In this document: positions 62,625-64,000 of the stretch, one piece after another
Position numbering within the stretch: the first letter of the stretch is position 1
Layout of the letters: each line of letters starts with the position of its first letter
DNA from: Octopus vulgaris
Taxonomy: Eukaryota
Direction: 5' to 3'
Length of the DNA stretch: 64,000 bases
Assembly (NCBI GenBank): GCA_951406725.2
Contig: OX597818.1
Coordinates: forward strand, 87,172,001 to 87,236,000
Program-made: the position numbers and the translations under genes
Notes under the pieces: generated by a model
Database searches by the model: none
Told to the model about the DNA's origin: nothing
The model's input: only the letters and a program-made list of their open reading frames with translations

Positions 62625-63489
62625 ATAAAATAAGTACCAGTAGAGCACTAGGGTTGATGTAATCGACTTAAATCCTCCCCATGCCAAAATTTGAAATCAA
62701 TATTTCTCTCATTTTGATGTCTCTCTTGTTCTCTCCAATCCCTCCCTTTATCTCTATGTGCATTTGTATATATGTGTAATGTTTGTCTCTCTCTCTCCAT
62801 TTATGTCTGTGTGTTTCTGCTTGTGTTTGTGTGTGTGGATGAGTGTGTTTTTTGTCTCTGCTGTCAGACTACAGTTGCCAAAACAGGCTGAATGTCCAGT
62901 TAACCGTGACGAACCATTAGCATCCAAACTGCTGTGCCAAACTGTCTCATTCCAAGACTTGTCTGTTTGCCTGTAGATTCTGGTGTCAGCCAAGTTCTAG
63001 TCAGTAAGAGTGCCCACTGTTACTTTAAGACTCCTTCTGTGGGATGTTGAAACTTCTGTTCCCGCATATGTCTTAGTGGCAAATTTTCAACTTTCAATTG
63101 GTGCTCCAGTCGTGACCCCCTCCACTTTATTTTCTTTCATAATTATATCCACCCACAAGTTAACCAGTTTATTCATGCATTTTTAGAACAGCGGAGTGAA
63201 GTTTGATGGGTGGGAAGCTTTGGTTTTTTTGTTACCAGCAGCGTGTGAATTGGGGTCTTTTGGGTCAGTTGCAGTGGTAGTCGAAGTTCAAAAAATGGTG
63301 GGAGGCCGAACCAGATTGAGACCCATGGAGACCCTAAGTACTTAAAAGATTTTGGTGCCACCTTATGTAATTCTAAATATAAACAATAATAAATCATAAA
63401 ATAAATTTTAATTTTTCAAACTGAAACAAAGCTAGCAATAGGATAGAAAATAATGTTTATTTTTGTATTCTTCCATTTCGTTCATGCTC

Positions 63490-63699
63490 TTTTACTCTTT
63501 TACATGTTTCAGTCATTTGACTGTGGCCATGCTGGAGCACCGCCTTTAGTCGATCAAATCGCCCCCAGGATTTATTCTTTGTAAGCCTAGTACTTATTCT
63601 ATCGGTCTCTTTTGCCGAACCGCTAAGTTACGGGAATGTAAACACACCTGCATCGGTTGTCAAGCGATGTTGGGGGCAATAAACATATACACATATACG

Positions 63700-63731
<32 letters not shown>

Positions 63732-63890
63732 CAATGGGCTTCTTTCAGTTTCCGTCTACCAAATTCACTAACAAAGCATTGGTTGGTTCAGAGCTACGAC
63801 AGAAGACACTTGGTCCAACACGCCATGCAGTGGTACTGAACACAAAACCACATGGCTGCAAAATGGAATTCTTTAACCACACAACCAACA
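63490..63890 (-). mobile_element. SINE family B
   Basis: TTTCAGTCATTTGACTGTGGCCATGCTGGAGCACCGCCTTTAGTCG... Confidence 0.9.
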
Positions 63891-64000
63891 CCACCTGTCC
63901 ACCATATTTCACTCTTAAGTTTTGTGGTTACCCCAAGTACATGACAGAAGATTCACAACTTGAGACCGAACCCTGCTAACTACATTGCTGCAAAGCAAAC

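Noticed and set aside
62868-63003. Unique segment with acceptor- and donor-like ends
   Set aside because: All three plus-strand frames contain stops; the minus-strand ORF runs into microsatellite; at most a non-coding exon, unsupported

Overview
AT-rich (visibly low-GC), microsatellite-dense eukaryotic genomic DNA, most likely an octopus (cephalopod) intron or intergenic region. The species call comes from recognising the SINE families from memory and is not verified. No intact protein-coding gene, rRNA or functional tRNA is evident. Nearly all ORF-track hits are translations of (TA)n/(CA)n/(TATC)n/(TTA)n repeats or of SINEs. The window is a nested stack of mobile DNA: two abundant tRNA-derived SINE families (A and B), a (GAT)n-tailed retroposon (C), piggyBac-, hAT- and Tc1/pogo-type MITEs with recognisable TSDs, non-autonomous Helitrons and a Helentron-type element, a decayed Merlin/IS1595-like transposase, an RTE LINE 3' end, and several tandem arrays. 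The most interesting signal is about ten minimal type-I hammerhead-ribozyme (HHR) motifs carried by short, non-coding, Penelope-like elements sitting in (TA)n tracts. Several of these are fold-back palindromes whose turning point lies inside the ribozyme. Other notable items are a ~5 kb co-oriented SINE train, one candidate minus-strand coding exon, a MITE-derived satellite with dimeric higher-order structure, local duplications, and clusters of RFX X-box, homeodomain and E-box motifs in the few unique segments. Boundaries of degenerate repeats are approximate, read by eye.
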